NCBI RefSeq assembly: GCF_006345805.1
Contig: NC_043002.1
Location: 53,320,001 to 53,384,000 of the forward strand
DNA: 64,000 nucleotides
Origin: Octopus sinensis
Lineage: Eukaryota
Direction: 5' to 3'
Shown piece after piece: positions 40,866-54,135 of the stretch. The position numbers were made by a program, and so were the translations under genes. The notes beneath the pieces were generated by a model. It had not been told where the DNA came from, did no database searches, and saw only the letters and a program-made list of their open reading frames with translations. Position 1 is the first letter of the stretch. Each line of letters begins with the position of its first letter.

Positions 40866-41599
40866 ACACACAATGATAATGAAGCCGGTTGTGGAAAATC
40901 GGTAACGAGAAGAAAGCAAAATTATTAGCAGCCGCAGCAGTAGTAACAAATAAAGCTGTTATATTTTTTTCTTTTTCTTTTCTACAAAACAATGTTTCTT
41001 TCATCTTAATTAATGAACAACAGCTCTTTATTTCTGCCCGTCTGATGTTTCGATTCTATTTTGATTGCATTCCGTCACTTCAGCTTCTGAATATTGAAGC
41101 CTTTGACTCCTCGACACATTTTTACCCTTCATCAATATCCTAATGAATGGTATAAATAATTAAATAATGATAATAGTAACGATCATAATGGATTGATTAG
41201 AAACTAGAAAAAAACCCAGAAAGAAAAAAGAATAAGAAACAATGGAGACAAATAATGCAGAACGAAAACTCCAGAACTTACACAGATACACAACATAGAG
41301 AAAACAGAATCACACACTAAGCTCTGCATATACATTTCGTTCACTACAATCAATACAACAGAATAATAAACAACGGTTAAAAGCAAAAGCATTCAACGTA
41401 CAAGGTATGAATTCCAGAAGTTCTGAGACTAGTTTAGGAAAGACATTAATTTCAAAGAATTACAAAACTCTAATAACATTCAAAATAGGATCCTTTGACT
41501 TAAATGCACTTACTATGGCGCTCCGGCTACTTCGTGAAGGTCCCATTGAAGTTCCCCCCGCTCCGCACAGACTGAAGGTGTCTAGAACCCCTTTCACAG

Positions 41600-41940
41600 C
41601 CTCCGCCATATATTATTTTTCTTTTAGCTTGGTGAACAATTGTAAATGACAGGGAGCAAGGCTTAGACTGTTGGGAGGGAGAGGGAGAGTTTTGATGCTC
41701 ATCTCTGTCAAGGAATTGGTTACCAAAATGTAGTTGTAGATTGGTACATTGTTGTAGTGCAGGTGCTCTGGCCTTTTGGGACAAAATCTCTTACTGAACT
41801 CTCTCAAAACATCCACAAAATTCATTTTGTTGACCGTCTGGCTAGAAGGAACACCGTGGATGTAGATGATGCCGTTGCAGTCGAAAAATGGCTTCGTCAT
41901 AATCTTCTCGGTGGACTTGCTTTGCCTGACCACTTGTGCC
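41600..41940 (-). pseudogene. Mariner transposase fragment
   Basis: FFDCNGIIYIHGVP..QTVNK...LHYNNVPIY...LPPNSLSLAPCHLQLFTKLK, a decayed DD34D-region motif set. Confidence 0.8.
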
Positions 41941-41997
41941 AGCGAAAATCAGATTATCGGCTCATATAAGTTAATCCATAATCAGTCCGAAGCAGTT

Positions 41998-42415
41998 AAT
42001 CCTTTACTCTTATACTTGTTTCAGTTAAGTGTCTGTGGCCATGCTGGAGCACCGCCTTTAGTCGAGCAAATCGACCCCAGGACTTATTCTTTGTAAGCCT
42101 AGTACTTATTCTATCGGTCTCTTTTGCCGAACCGCTAAGTTACGGGGACGTAAACACACCAGCATCGGTTGTCAAGCGATGTTGGGGGGACAAACACAGA
42201 CACACAAACATATACACACACATACACACTCATAAACATATACATATATACGACGGGCTTCTTTCAGTTTCCGTCTACCAAATACACTCACAAGGCTTTG
42301 GTCGGCCCGAGGCTATAGTAGAAGACACTTGCCCAAGGTGCCACGCAGTGGGACTGAACCCAGAACCATGTGGTTCGTAAGCAAGCTACTTACCACACAG
42401 CCACTCTTACTCCTA
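41998..42415 (-). mobile_element. OR-like CORE SINE, full length and well preserved
   Basis: tRNA-like head, CACCTTGGGCAAGTGTCTT CORE-like block, internal (TG)n and ...CTGAAACAAGTATAAGAG tail. Confidence 0.9.
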
Positions 42416-42966
42416 GTTCATAAGTTTCTGTAGTATTGTTGCAGTTTGACACAAAACTTTACGGGATAACGAGCTTCCAAATTCTTTTCACGTCCCGACT
42501 GCATTTCGTAAATTAGTCAGCTGTGACAAGCAGTGTAGTAGGATGTGATCGAATTGCTGTTTCAACTGTTCCCTTCAACTTGGAATAATAAAAGTTGACA
42601 GGTCAATTTATTAGTTGTATAATAATGATGTACGGAAATTACAATAATCTAGGAAGTTATAAATGTCTCTCCTAAAAATGTCTGGAATGCACCTCGAAAC
42701 TTGGCATAGTTTACCCATAACGTCTACTTGCTTTCACTCATCGGAGTGCGATCGTGCTTGTGCACCGCTTTGCAGAATTTAGTCGAACAAATCGATTACG
42801 GTTCTTATGTTTCCATTTAAAAGAAGTACTTATTCAGTCGGTGTCTTTTGCCGAACTACCAACTTAAGTGGACGTAAACACACCAATACTTGTAGGCAAA
42901 CGGTGATGAGGAACATACACATATAATAGTATCTCTCCATCTATATAATATCATATGTACTTTATC

Positions 42967-43078
42967 TAAAAGCAGCAGAAATATAACAAAAGCTGTTACT
43001 CAGAGTTTCACGTTCCCGTTCGTCGGAGAGAATGTGAAACTCTGAGTAACAGCTTTTGTTATATTTCTGCTGCTTTTA
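42967..43078. repeat. Perfect 45-bp inverted repeat with 22-nt spacer
   Basis: 42967-43011 is the exact reverse complement of 43034-43078. Confidence 0.95.
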
Positions 43079-43599
43079 AATAAAGCATAACTCTACCTCT
43101 GGTATTTGAGTACTCTTTTTTTCACCTTGTTTTACATTTATGTGCTTACTCCGGTGTAATATAATATAATATAATATAATATAATATAATATAATATAAT
43201 ATATATATATACACATATATATATATATATACACACATATATATATATATAAAGATAGATAGATAGACATGTATATATGTACGGCTGGCTGCCTCACAGT
43301 TTCCATCTACCAAATATACTCACAAAGCATTGGTTGGCGCGTGCAGTGGGATTGAATCCCGAACAACGTGGTGGTGGCAAAGCGACCGTCGTAACCATAG
43401 ACTAAAAGCAGGTAATAAAAAATAAACCACTTAAGCCCATTCACTTGACGGCACTGGCATGGTTGTGTGGTAAGTTTACTTCCCAGACACATCGATTTGG
43501 GTTCATTCGCACTGCGTGACACCTTAGGGAAGTGCCTATAGTCTGGGATCGACCGAACACTTGTGAGTGAATTTGGCAGACGAAAACTGAAAGAAGCCT

Positions 43600-43770
43600 G
43601 GGCAAGACTGTTGTAATGTTCCAACCGCCACCAGGAAATCCATATATGGAACCAGCTATCTTGGTTTCTGAAAGTGGTAGACGGGTTTGTCTACCTGGAC
43701 AGCACACTCAGCCATTCTTGCTCCCTGGATGATGAAATATCGTTCAGACTGCAGGGGCAACTGATACCTT
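43600..43770 (+). mobile_element. RTE-clade LINE fragment
   Basis: VVDGFVYLDSTLSHSCSLDDEISFRL. Confidence 0.6.
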
Positions 43771-43829
43771 ATCTCTTCACTCTCGTATCTGGTCCCAGCA
43801 TGGCATCACAAGGCAAACAAAAGACAGGC

Positions 43830-43946
<117 letters not shown>

Positions 43947-44340
43947 TGCATGCACGCGCACACACATATACCACTACACATAACCAATTTTGATAAGAAC
44001 ACCAGCCGGAAAAACGCATACATTTCCTATTTCCGAATTGCAGTGTAACTAACCCAGTAGCGACATCTCGGAACCAGGGAATATAACTCTTAACTTAGTC
44101 CCGTACTCGTTTTGTTTCTTCATCTTTTCTTAGCAACTGTAAACCGGATGTATCCATTCACCTCCAGCTACAGAGAGCAGTCGCCATATTTCATTCCATA
44201 TAGGCTTACTCTAATGAGCGTAGGATTATATAATCGGATTGTTACCAAACACTCCGTTGTACCCCCAGCGCGAAACCGCTTGGTAAAATCGGCTGTAATG
44301 GACATGTAATGTTGTACACTGTGGATATATATATATATAT

Positions 44341-44635
44341 ACTAGCAGTATAGCCCGGCTTTGCTCGGGATTAAGTTAGGATTATTAAGCTAATCAAGCT
44401 CTTTATTTTAAAGCAAACTAAGTAACATCGACGTCAAATTTGAGTGAAATCCGTTGAAATTGGTAAACTTTTGGCTGCAATTTTGCTGACAATTTGATTG
44501 GGAAATCCCATAAGGAATCGGTTTCTCGATTTTTTTCCACTCATCGATTGTTTTTTCCTTTTTTTTTTCATGTAACGCCACTTTGCCCATGGGTTTTCCG
44601 AATTCTGTGGAGTATATATTCCCTCCTCCCGTGGA
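44341..44635 (-). mobile_element. Helitron 3' portion (same terminus as 34115-34482)
   Basis: Minus strand CCCGAGCAAAGCCGGGCTATACTGCTAG|T. The upstream limit is approximate. Confidence 0.7.
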
Positions 44636-44639
44636 ATTA

Positions 44640-44790
44640 CTAATTTTTGCCAGCTGAGTAGAGTGGAGCAACGCGAAATGTAGTGTTTTGCTCAAGAACA
44701 CAACGCACCGCCCGGTCCAGGAATCGAAACCAACCACAATCTTACGATCATGAAAGAAACACCCTAACCATTAAATCACGCGCCTACGCA
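44640..44790 (-). mobile_element. SINE, second family
   Basis: Reverse of the 38305 head and core. Confidence 0.75.
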
Positions 44791-44806
44791 CACACACCAA
44801 CACACA

Positions 44807-44878
<72 letters not shown>

Positions 44879-46100
44879 AACCAACCAACAAACCAACTAA
44901 CCAACACATTTATGGTAATTCTAACGATCACATTTATGAATATGAAATTTTAAGTTGAAATTAAATAATCAACAACAAATAGCCTGATCAATGGTTCTGC
45001 CAAAGAATCTCCTTCGGATAAATCTGAAAATTAAAATATCAATAACAGTAAAAATAGCCCGCAAACCTGGATGTCACAGTCTCATTAGAAATCGAGGCGA
45101 CAATCAATATCACTAGGTTAAACAAAATAATATGTGTACTGGTTTCTGCATATCGTGGATCCTCGCTCAAATCTAGTTGTATCAGAACATTACGATCCAA
45201 GCAAAGTAAACGGATACAAATACATAAAATGATTTTAAAAAAATTATAAAGTATCTCATAGTTCGGAATGAAATCGATAATAAAACGGACCAATTGAAAA
45301 ATGAGTGACGAATGGCATAGAAATATTATATGAAAAAGAAAAAAAATGTATCAAAATTAAAGAACATCTGAAGCAAGTTATTCCCGCTAAATTGCAAAGA
45401 TTCCATTGGTATGAAAAGCGACAAAGCGATTCTCAGAACAAAACATATGTCAACTTCAAACCAAAATGGTTTTTCATCGTGGACGGGTAAAATCAAAATA
45501 GAAGTCAGTGCAACACTAACAGCAGTCACAGAAGGAATCTGAGGCATGGGTATGGACAGTGAAATAATCACCATGGACGTGGTCGTTCAAAACAAGAAAT
45601 ACAGCATTAGAAGAATCATGAATATTGCAAGAATTTGTCAAAGCACTACGACCCCATTAAAATATCATAAAAATACAAAAAGGCAACACACAACTACTAA
45701 TCACCAAAGCACGATCATATGGTGAAAATATTTAGCAGATGTAACGCACTCTCATAAATGTTTACTAAGATAGTACTGGATGGAGAGGTAACAGCCGATA
45801 AGTTCACTGAACCCTCAAGACTAAAGACACGGTAAACCCTACAATCTACAGATCTTTAACCCATCTTTTTTCATCTTACAAAATTTTAATTGCAATAATC
45901 TTACAAAAGTTTAAATGCAGAGAAAGAGTAAATAATTGTGAAACACCTGTTTATAAAACAGATGAGATGTCGCAATGCCTCATATCAATTACTGGTAAAT
46001 AAAGCTGTATAAAAAAACAACAAGGTGCCTGGGGCTAGGATGGATAAACTAACATAAAGATTTATGTAGTGTTCTCTTATGTGTATGCAGGAAGCACTTA

Positions 46101-46973
46101 CACGAGGGGAAGTCAAGAATTATCTGCACTTTCGCCATAACATATCTTTATTATTGTCGCACTGCCCTCTGCACATGCGTGCTTATAGTTGGTACTATTG
46201 TAGTCACGTGACCGAAGTTTAAACCTGATCGCACCATTTTTCTGTCTGGATTTATAGTGTAAGCACGGCCACTCCACTAGCGATGTGCACCACAGAAGAA
46301 CAAAGAGCAGAACAGTCACATGAGATGAAGCGAGGGTCCATAATTATGAAGCAGAATCCAAAAGAGAGAGTATGGAGTGGAAAAATCCTGGCTCGCCAAC
46401 GACGAAGGAATTCAAGACTCAGTCTTCCGGGGAAAGGTGACGCTAACCTTCGTTTGGGATTCAAAAGGGCCTATACTGGTAGACTACCTGGAAAAGGGAT
46501 GTGCGATCAACTGTGCAAGATACTGTGCTTTGCTGACCAACAAACTGAAGCCAGCAATTCGCACCAAACGCCGAAACCGAAGAAAGGTTTGTTGTTGCAT
46601 GACAATGCACGCCCATACACACCAACCAGACCGTTGAAACCATTAACCAATTTACTTTTAAGGTGTTGGAAAACCCTGCCTACAGCTCAGATCTCGCCAC
46701 TCCCGACTATCATATCTTTGGACCACACGAAGATGGTTAACGAAGTCATCGATTTCCTGCGGATGAAGATGAGAAGGAAGCGCTGCATAAATGGTTGCAC
46801 GACCAACTGAAAACCCTTCTTCTTGGAGGGAATACGCAAACTTGTGGACTGCTGGACCAAGTGCATCGAAAAGGAAGCAGACTATACAGAAAAATGACGT
46901 ACTTGTCTATCTCCTGCTTTTGTGTAACTATATTGAATAAACAAGAGTGCTTGTAATGTTTGACTCTCTCTCG
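46101..46973 (+). mobile_element. Internally deleted mariner transposon
   Basis: TA-flanked degenerate TIRs. Transposase motifs KVTLTFVWDSKGPILVDYL, LLHDNARP and PAYSSDLATPDYHIFG. Confidence 0.9.
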
Positions 46974-48659
46974 TAATAATAAAATACATAGACAAAAGAG
47001 GGAATGAAAACTACCTTCATAGGGGTAGGGTATATTCCAAAGTCACATCCTCTTCACGTTTCTGTTTCTCCCTCCCTTCCCTCTCTCTCCCCCTCTCTCT
47101 CACCACGCAATCTTTGGCTGAGGCTAAAGCATTTAAAGAATATATCAAAGTAGACTGGGCTTGGATGTAAATGCTAAGTGAGGATAAATACACGATCCTA
47201 TGCATGTACAGACGCCACAGATGCTATACAAATACTGATTTGTATCTATTATTATTATCTTTTACTTGTTTCAGTCATTTGACTCCGGCCATGCTTGGAC
47301 ACCGTCTTGAAAGATTTTATTCGAACAAATCGAACATAGGACCTGTTTTTGTTAAAGCTTAATATTTATTCTATCGTCACCTTTTGCTGAACCGCTAAGT
47401 TACGGGTACATAACCACAGCAACACCAATGATAATAGTTGCAACATAAACTTTGGTGAGACACGGTATGGCACGCTTCTGTCAAATAAATTGGTCTTGGT
47501 AGTTTTTATTGCTACACACAAGAGGATGAAAAGAATCGCCTTCATCATCATCATGAATATCATCAAAGTCTTTGCCATTGACATCACTACAATCATCGCC
47601 GTCGTCGTCATCATCATCATCATCGTCATCATCATCGCCCATCATTATCGCTGCGTTGTCGTAGTCGTCAACATCATTGTCGCAGTAGTAGTAGTGGTGG
47701 TGGTGGTCATCACCATCATCATCATCATCGTCGTCTTCCCCTCCTCCTCCTCCTCCACCTCCTCATCGTCATCATCATTAGCAAAAGCAGTAGCAACAGC
47801 AGCAGTAGTTGTGTCTACTTCTCCACCTTCACAGATAACTTAAAACAAATTATGAGACACAGGCATCCGGTATTACGTGCCTTGTATGATGATGATGATG
47901 ATTACGGCGACGACGAGGACCACCATCATCATCATCATCGACGGCTTGAAACAAAAATATGAAAGCTATGGACATCTGCTATAATGTGTCTAGCTCAGGC
48001 CTGTAGACGATTGGTTCGGTTATTGTTGTTATCTTTGTCCGCCAAGTCACGTCAGTTGTAATCGTTGTGTTTTGATGGCTCTTAGGCTAGATTTTGAATA
48101 TCTGAATGTAAAATAGATTAGAGATAAATAGGTAATATACTGTGAGACAGTTAGACAGGGAAACACACACACACACATACACAAGCACACTCACACACAC
48201 ACACAGAGACAAGCACACTCACACACGCATACACACAAGCACAGTCACATATTGTTAAAAGGAGACAAAGTGAAAACGGGAAAGCGCGAGTGAACTTTAG
48301 AGTAAGAGGGCAAGGAAGAGAGAAAGAGGAAGGGAGGGATGGAGGGAGCTAGAGAGAGAAAGCGGAAGGGAAGACAATACACATATACACACACATAATT
48401 GTTAAGCAAATATTAAGGCAAGGCAAACATCTCAAGTCGTATACAATATACTACAGGAAGAAATTCAAAATCTTACAGCTGTTTCTGGGATATCCCAGTT
48501 TGTGAGATCTTACGTCATCAGACACAAATAGGGGAAAAATAGGAAGCCCCAGTAATCCGTTACGCCACTTACCTGACGTACTTAATCGTTTAGATCACCT
48601 GTGAACTACATCCCTATACATTGTGTATATATATATATATATATATATGATGGACTCTG

Positions 48660-48945
48660 CTGTCGTTAGTCAAGGCATGACGGTTCGACAGTTTCTTGTT
48701 GAACAACCAACAGATAATTTGTTTATAGTGATCAAATGTTTGCGTAGACATAAGCTCACTCCCTCCATCAGGTTGACATTACCTCTACAGGTGCCACGGA
48801 ATTTACACGTTAGATGTCGAAACGATCGCAGAGCAACGTGAAATGAAGTGCTTTGCTCAAGAACACAACGCAACGCCGGGTCTGGGAATCGAACCCACGA
48901 TCTCGCAATCACGGGTGCAACCCCTTAACCACTAAACCATGCACC
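48660..48945 (-). mobile_element. SINE, second family
   Basis: Reverse head GGTTAAGGGGTTGCACCCGTGATTGCGAGATCGTGGGTTCGATTCCC. Confidence 0.75.
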
Positions 48946-48952
48946 TTCACTA

Positions 48953-49119
<167 letters not shown>

Positions 49120-49301
49120 ATATACATACACACACATATATGTACATATTTATCATATTGAGAAAAAGGAGGAGGCAGTGATTTAGATTTTGTCTTGAGT
49201 TCGTAAATGAATGAAAGCGCCAATAAGGGATTATCCAAAATTCTGAATGCCTCCTTTTTCTCACTACAATATCTGTAACCACTTCAAGCACACGTACACA
49301 T

Positions 49302-49430
<129 letters not shown>

Positions 49431-50399
49431 AGAAAATAGCAATATGACAGTAAGGAACAAGTGAGACTTACCGAATGGGAAGTAGAAATTTATTAAAGAA
49501 AGATATCGCGAGACTGCGATAGATAATGAACATTTATTTTAGTATGTGTACATTGTTCATGTTTCATTTCTTTTAAGTCATTGTGTATAGCCAGATGGTT
49601 AAGAGGTCCGTTTCACAATCGCAAGGTTCCGAGTTCGATTCCTAGTTTGTGGCGTTATGGGCAAACGTTTTCTTCTATAACTTCGGTTTGGCCCAATTTT
49701 AAATGGAAGTAGGTAGACGTAATCCGTGTAGCAGCTCGTCAGTTAGATTGTATTTGAAATTTAAAAGCTCAGTCTTGTTAGACTGCGTAACGTTGATTCC
49801 ACCGGTACCTTAGGTCAAGGAACATATGTCGCGAGAATGTTCGCCCCCTTGGATGTCAATTCAAAGACTATGTAGGTGATCGATCAACTGAATACACATC
49901 GTTTATTCGTTGGAGTTCGATTATGTGTGTGTATGCTTGTGTGTGTGTATTTATATTAATAACAGAAGCTGTCTTTGTAGTATTAATTTGTACATCCAAT
50001 TAACCAAATTGATTTGGATGCGTTGTTTTAAACGCCATAAGGTGCAATATTCGTCTTATTAAAACATCTAGTATAGAACAGATTATATCGGCAGACGAAA
50101 TTGAGTCAGCACCGGCAGGTAGCAATATAGTATAACGTGATTTCGGCGTTTTCTGATAATTATTAATGTAGACGAACATGGTATATTTTGGAAGCAAAGC
50201 AGCAAAGAAAGACAATTCCGTATAAAGCAGCAGGAGATCGCTTTAATTTTCATATTGTTTTTTGGAGGAAAGGTCACCAGAGACCTGTAACATAAGCAAC
50301 TGATTATTTGTGATTTTGATATTTAAAAGGGCAATGAAAGGCTTCGTTAAATCTAGCTGACATGTCATTTGGAAATCTAATAGAAAAGTTTGGATTACA

Positions 50400-50780
50400 C
50401 ACGACTCATTTGCAAGGCATATTATCTTAAGAAACTGCTATGCCGGCTGAGTACAGCAATAGATGATAAAGAATCTGGAAATATAATTTTATGCAAACAG
50501 TAGAAATTATTAAAGATGCCATGGAAGAAGTTATGCATGTGTATCTCACTGGGATGTGGAAAGGCTTGTGTTCAAATGTATCCAAGGAAAATCATTGCAT
50601 TGATTCTGTGGTGTAGAGGATGAAATTGTCTTAAAGAGCAATATCTTTGTTCAATTGATGTAGGAATCGGAATTTAGTTAAGCTGATGTTGGCTATATTC
50701 AGAAATTACTGCATACTGATCATGGAATTCTCACCAATAAAGACTTTAAGAAGTTTACAGAACCGCATTTATATAGTTCA
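50400..50780 (+). pseudogene. Possible pogo/Tigger transposase relic
   Basis: KAYYLKKL, IIKDAMEEV..LTGMWKGLC and IQKLLHTDHGILTNKDF loosely resemble the Tigger C-terminal region. Confidence 0.4.
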
Positions 50781-51330
50781 GAAACAGAAAGTGAAACAGA
50801 GATTCCTTGATATCCATTTTTAATAACAGATCTTATCCAAATACTCTAGTGAAATAACTTATTCTTTAGGGCGACTTTCAGAAAATTACGAAAATCAAGA
50901 ATGAAATATAAAAGTTAAAGGATCCGTATTGGTAGCTCTTAACTGTCATAAAGAGGAATTAAAGCTTCATAAGATCTCTTGATGCACTTTGGTTTTGCAT
51001 TTTTACCCTATCTTTTGTTCATTTCCCCCTTATATATGCAGAAGTATCATAGATCTAATATACTTCTAAATAAGTGGATATCTCTTTTAATAATGAAAGC
51101 AGATAGATCAACATAATAACCGTTTTAGCTTCCTCTAACGGTAAAGTTTCTGATAGCGAAATAAGATGTGGAACATATGAACTCTATTAACAGAGACATT
51201 GCTGTAGCTTTTTTACATACATTCATACATACATACATACATACATACATACATACATACATACATAACATACATACATACATACAAACATGCATACATA
51301 CATACATACATACATACATACATACATACA

Positions 51331-51364
<34 letters not shown>

Positions 51365-51579
51365 CAAAGGTACTGACCACCACTGGCAACTTCCACATTA
51401 ACAACGACACCGATTTAAGTAAGACGAAGTGATGGCGATAGAGGCGTAAGGTCAGTCCAAACAGCTTTTGAATGTCACATTATATCTCTCAGACAGCATC
51501 TGCTGCACACTTAAAAAATAAATAAGTGCATCTCATGCATACTCAAAAGTGAGCGCAACATCTTCAGAGTTGGAGATCT

Positions 51580-52400
51580 ACTGTTCAGGTACTCTGAAAA
51601 TACAATTACACTGGCCTACCTAAACAGAAGCTTGGAGTAGAAGAAGGCACCATACCAGCAAAAGCAATGCGTCAATGCATGGATACATAACCCGTAAGCT
51701 ATAGGACAACAACATCATTGACACAAAGAGTAGCGTCTCCTGGATCTGTGATAGATAGATTACATCCCACCTAGAAGGATAAAACTTCGCTTTTCACGAA
51801 CATGATATTATTGCAAAGACTATTTACAGCACTGGCTGAAGGAAGAACTAACCTGACGTATACATCAAAGGCATGTCAGAACCAGCAGGTATTCACACGT
51901 TTGAAAATAAGGATTACTGGTGGAACACCTTAATAAAAAACATCAATTCGGTGGTGCAAACATAAGAGGCCTCATATTTTTCAGTAAGACAGGGAACAAA
52001 GTCATACACTGTTCTAGAGGCCAGCTGCCTAAGAAAAAGAAAACATGGCGAAGTAATGCGGAAATTGCAGCTCTCGTACCCTGACTATGAATTCTTATTT
52101 GTACCTTCATCATAGAAATACTCGGTTTACGGAGAAAGGGCGAACGAAACTAATGTGGATTCTACAAATCCAATCTATTAGTGGTACAGTGAAGATTTGT
52201 ATGATATTTCAAAATTTCTCCATCAAAGATTCTCATGTAAAAAGATGCTCACATTTGGGTGTATGCATTCAAGTTCAACCAAGACACAAATCAATCACAT
52301 ATTTACAAACACCAGGAATACTTAAAAAGACTTGTCGCTTTGTTAGCGACCGGCTTCAACTGTCTTAATAACTTAAATAAAACTCAAAAAGAAAAGCCAT
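51580..52400 (+). mobile_element. Decayed R4/Dong-like LINE 3' part
   Basis: MHGYITRKL...SWI...ITSHLEG and LQIQSISGTVKICMIF, homologous to 19325-19500. Confidence 0.6.
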
Positions 52401-52409
52401 ACAGAGAGG

Positions 52410-52473
<64 letters not shown>

Positions 52474-53079
52474 GAGAGGGGGAGAAATGGATGGGAAGCA
52501 ATCAAAATAAGATCTATGTCGATAAAGAAATGCAAAGATTATAAAAAATGGAAAGCGATGGAGGGGAGTAAAATGTGAAGGTGGATGAGGGAAGAGTAAA
52601 TGTAGACGATTGCTAGGATTACTGAGAAAAATTGTGCAGAACTGAGATTAAAAGATGCCGAATATTCCTTAATAATAGCAATACTGTTTAACATACGAGA
52701 AGGAGCGATACCGACGGAAGAGACTGAAATCACTGAGGTCTTCAGTCGACAGTTAATGGAGGGAATATCCTGCAGTGCAACATACTTTAAATAAGATGGG
52801 AATTAAAGGATTGTGAGAATGAAAACATAACATAATTTCCTGCATTAAGAGTGCTTCTGTTAATTCGCCGGTCCTGAAAACTTCAAATAATGGTGGGCCG
52901 GCGAGGATGTATTTAAGCAATCATTGAACTGTTAAAAATATCAGCCAATTTCTCCCCCAAATTAAACTCTACCGCATTAAAAGGGTTGACTTTGAATAAG
53001 GAGGTTATAGAAATACAGTGTCTAAAACGGAGATGGGATTGTCATGGCTGGTCGGCTGGATCAGGTTGATCGATATTCA

Positions 53080-53290
53080 GTTAGTAATATGTTACGTTAG
53101 CAAGAAGTGATAGCACGCCGGGAAAAATACTGAGTCATTTTGTACTTCTGAGTTCAAATTCCGCCGAGGTTGCATTTACTTTTCATCCTTTCGGGATCGA
53201 TAAAATAAGTTCCAGTTCAACAGCGGAGTTGGTGTAATCAACTTACCCCGATCCCTCGAAACTGTTGGCCTTGTACCAAAATTTTAAACC
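53080..53290 (+). mobile_element. SINE, third family
   Basis: GAGTTCAAATTCCGCCGAGG...CTTTCATCCTTTCGGGATCGATAAAATAAG. Confidence 0.8.
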
Positions 53291-53919
53291 AATATGTTAT
53301 ATTGGCAAATATTTGTTGAGAAGAGTTATTTATTACCACTGAAAGGCAGACATCAAGAGGGATATAAACTTTTGAAAATAGACGTTCTGTCTGGATAATA
53401 GTTGGAACGGTCATGACAGGAACACTTTCGATCACAGGTTTGCACTATCAGATTCGACCTGGTACTAAGCAATGTCTATATCAGAAATGGTGAAACTGAA
53501 AGCAATCAACTATTAAATGATTGTTACTTATTTTATATAGTTTCCGGGAAGATGAAAATAAAGTTGTGTACCAAATCATTAACTTGGTGTGGAGTAGCAC
53601 CTGTCACTGGTTGTAAAAATCTGATTGATTACTTTTATAACCCATCAATGAGGTATACTATAAAAATATCTAGTAAGTTCCTTCTTTTCTTTAATATTTG
53701 TTCCTGTTTAATTTAATAGGTAGCTGCTCTGTAGAGGCATGTAATTTCTTTTCTTCTGGCTTTCTCAGGGATTATAAAATTTCCAGTGATACAATGACGC
53801 TGTAAGATGAGATTGGGGCACCAGTACAATTGATACATGATGTTCTGACAAGCTACAGTGTGGTAATATTTAGCATAGGGACCTTGATTAGTTTTTGGAA
53901 TGAGAAGTATAATCACAGC

Positions 53920-54135
53920 TGACAACCGAAAAGTTCCTAGCTTTGAGGGTGTCACGAAAAATCTGGTAGGAGGCCCAAACGTCCGAGTTCTTTTACAGGG
54001 CTTAGAAAATCTGAAGGACTACTGCAATCAGTGTGTGAATCTGGAAGGGGAGAATATGTTGAATAGGATCATAATTAACTGATCCTCCTGTATTTTATTT
54101 TACCCAGAGCCAAGAACATTTTGGCACACTTCCGT
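53920..54135. mobile_element. Mariner-derived non-autonomous element
   Basis: Shares sequence with 38880-39010 and 14601-14770. Confidence 0.55.

Noticed and set aside
40255-41004. Long low-complexity ORFs (poly-D, poly-P/H, poly-M/T/L)
   Set aside because: Open in several frames on both strands because of trinucleotide repeats.
44040-44320. Possible Gypsy integrase relic
   Set aside because: The resemblance is too weak to support.
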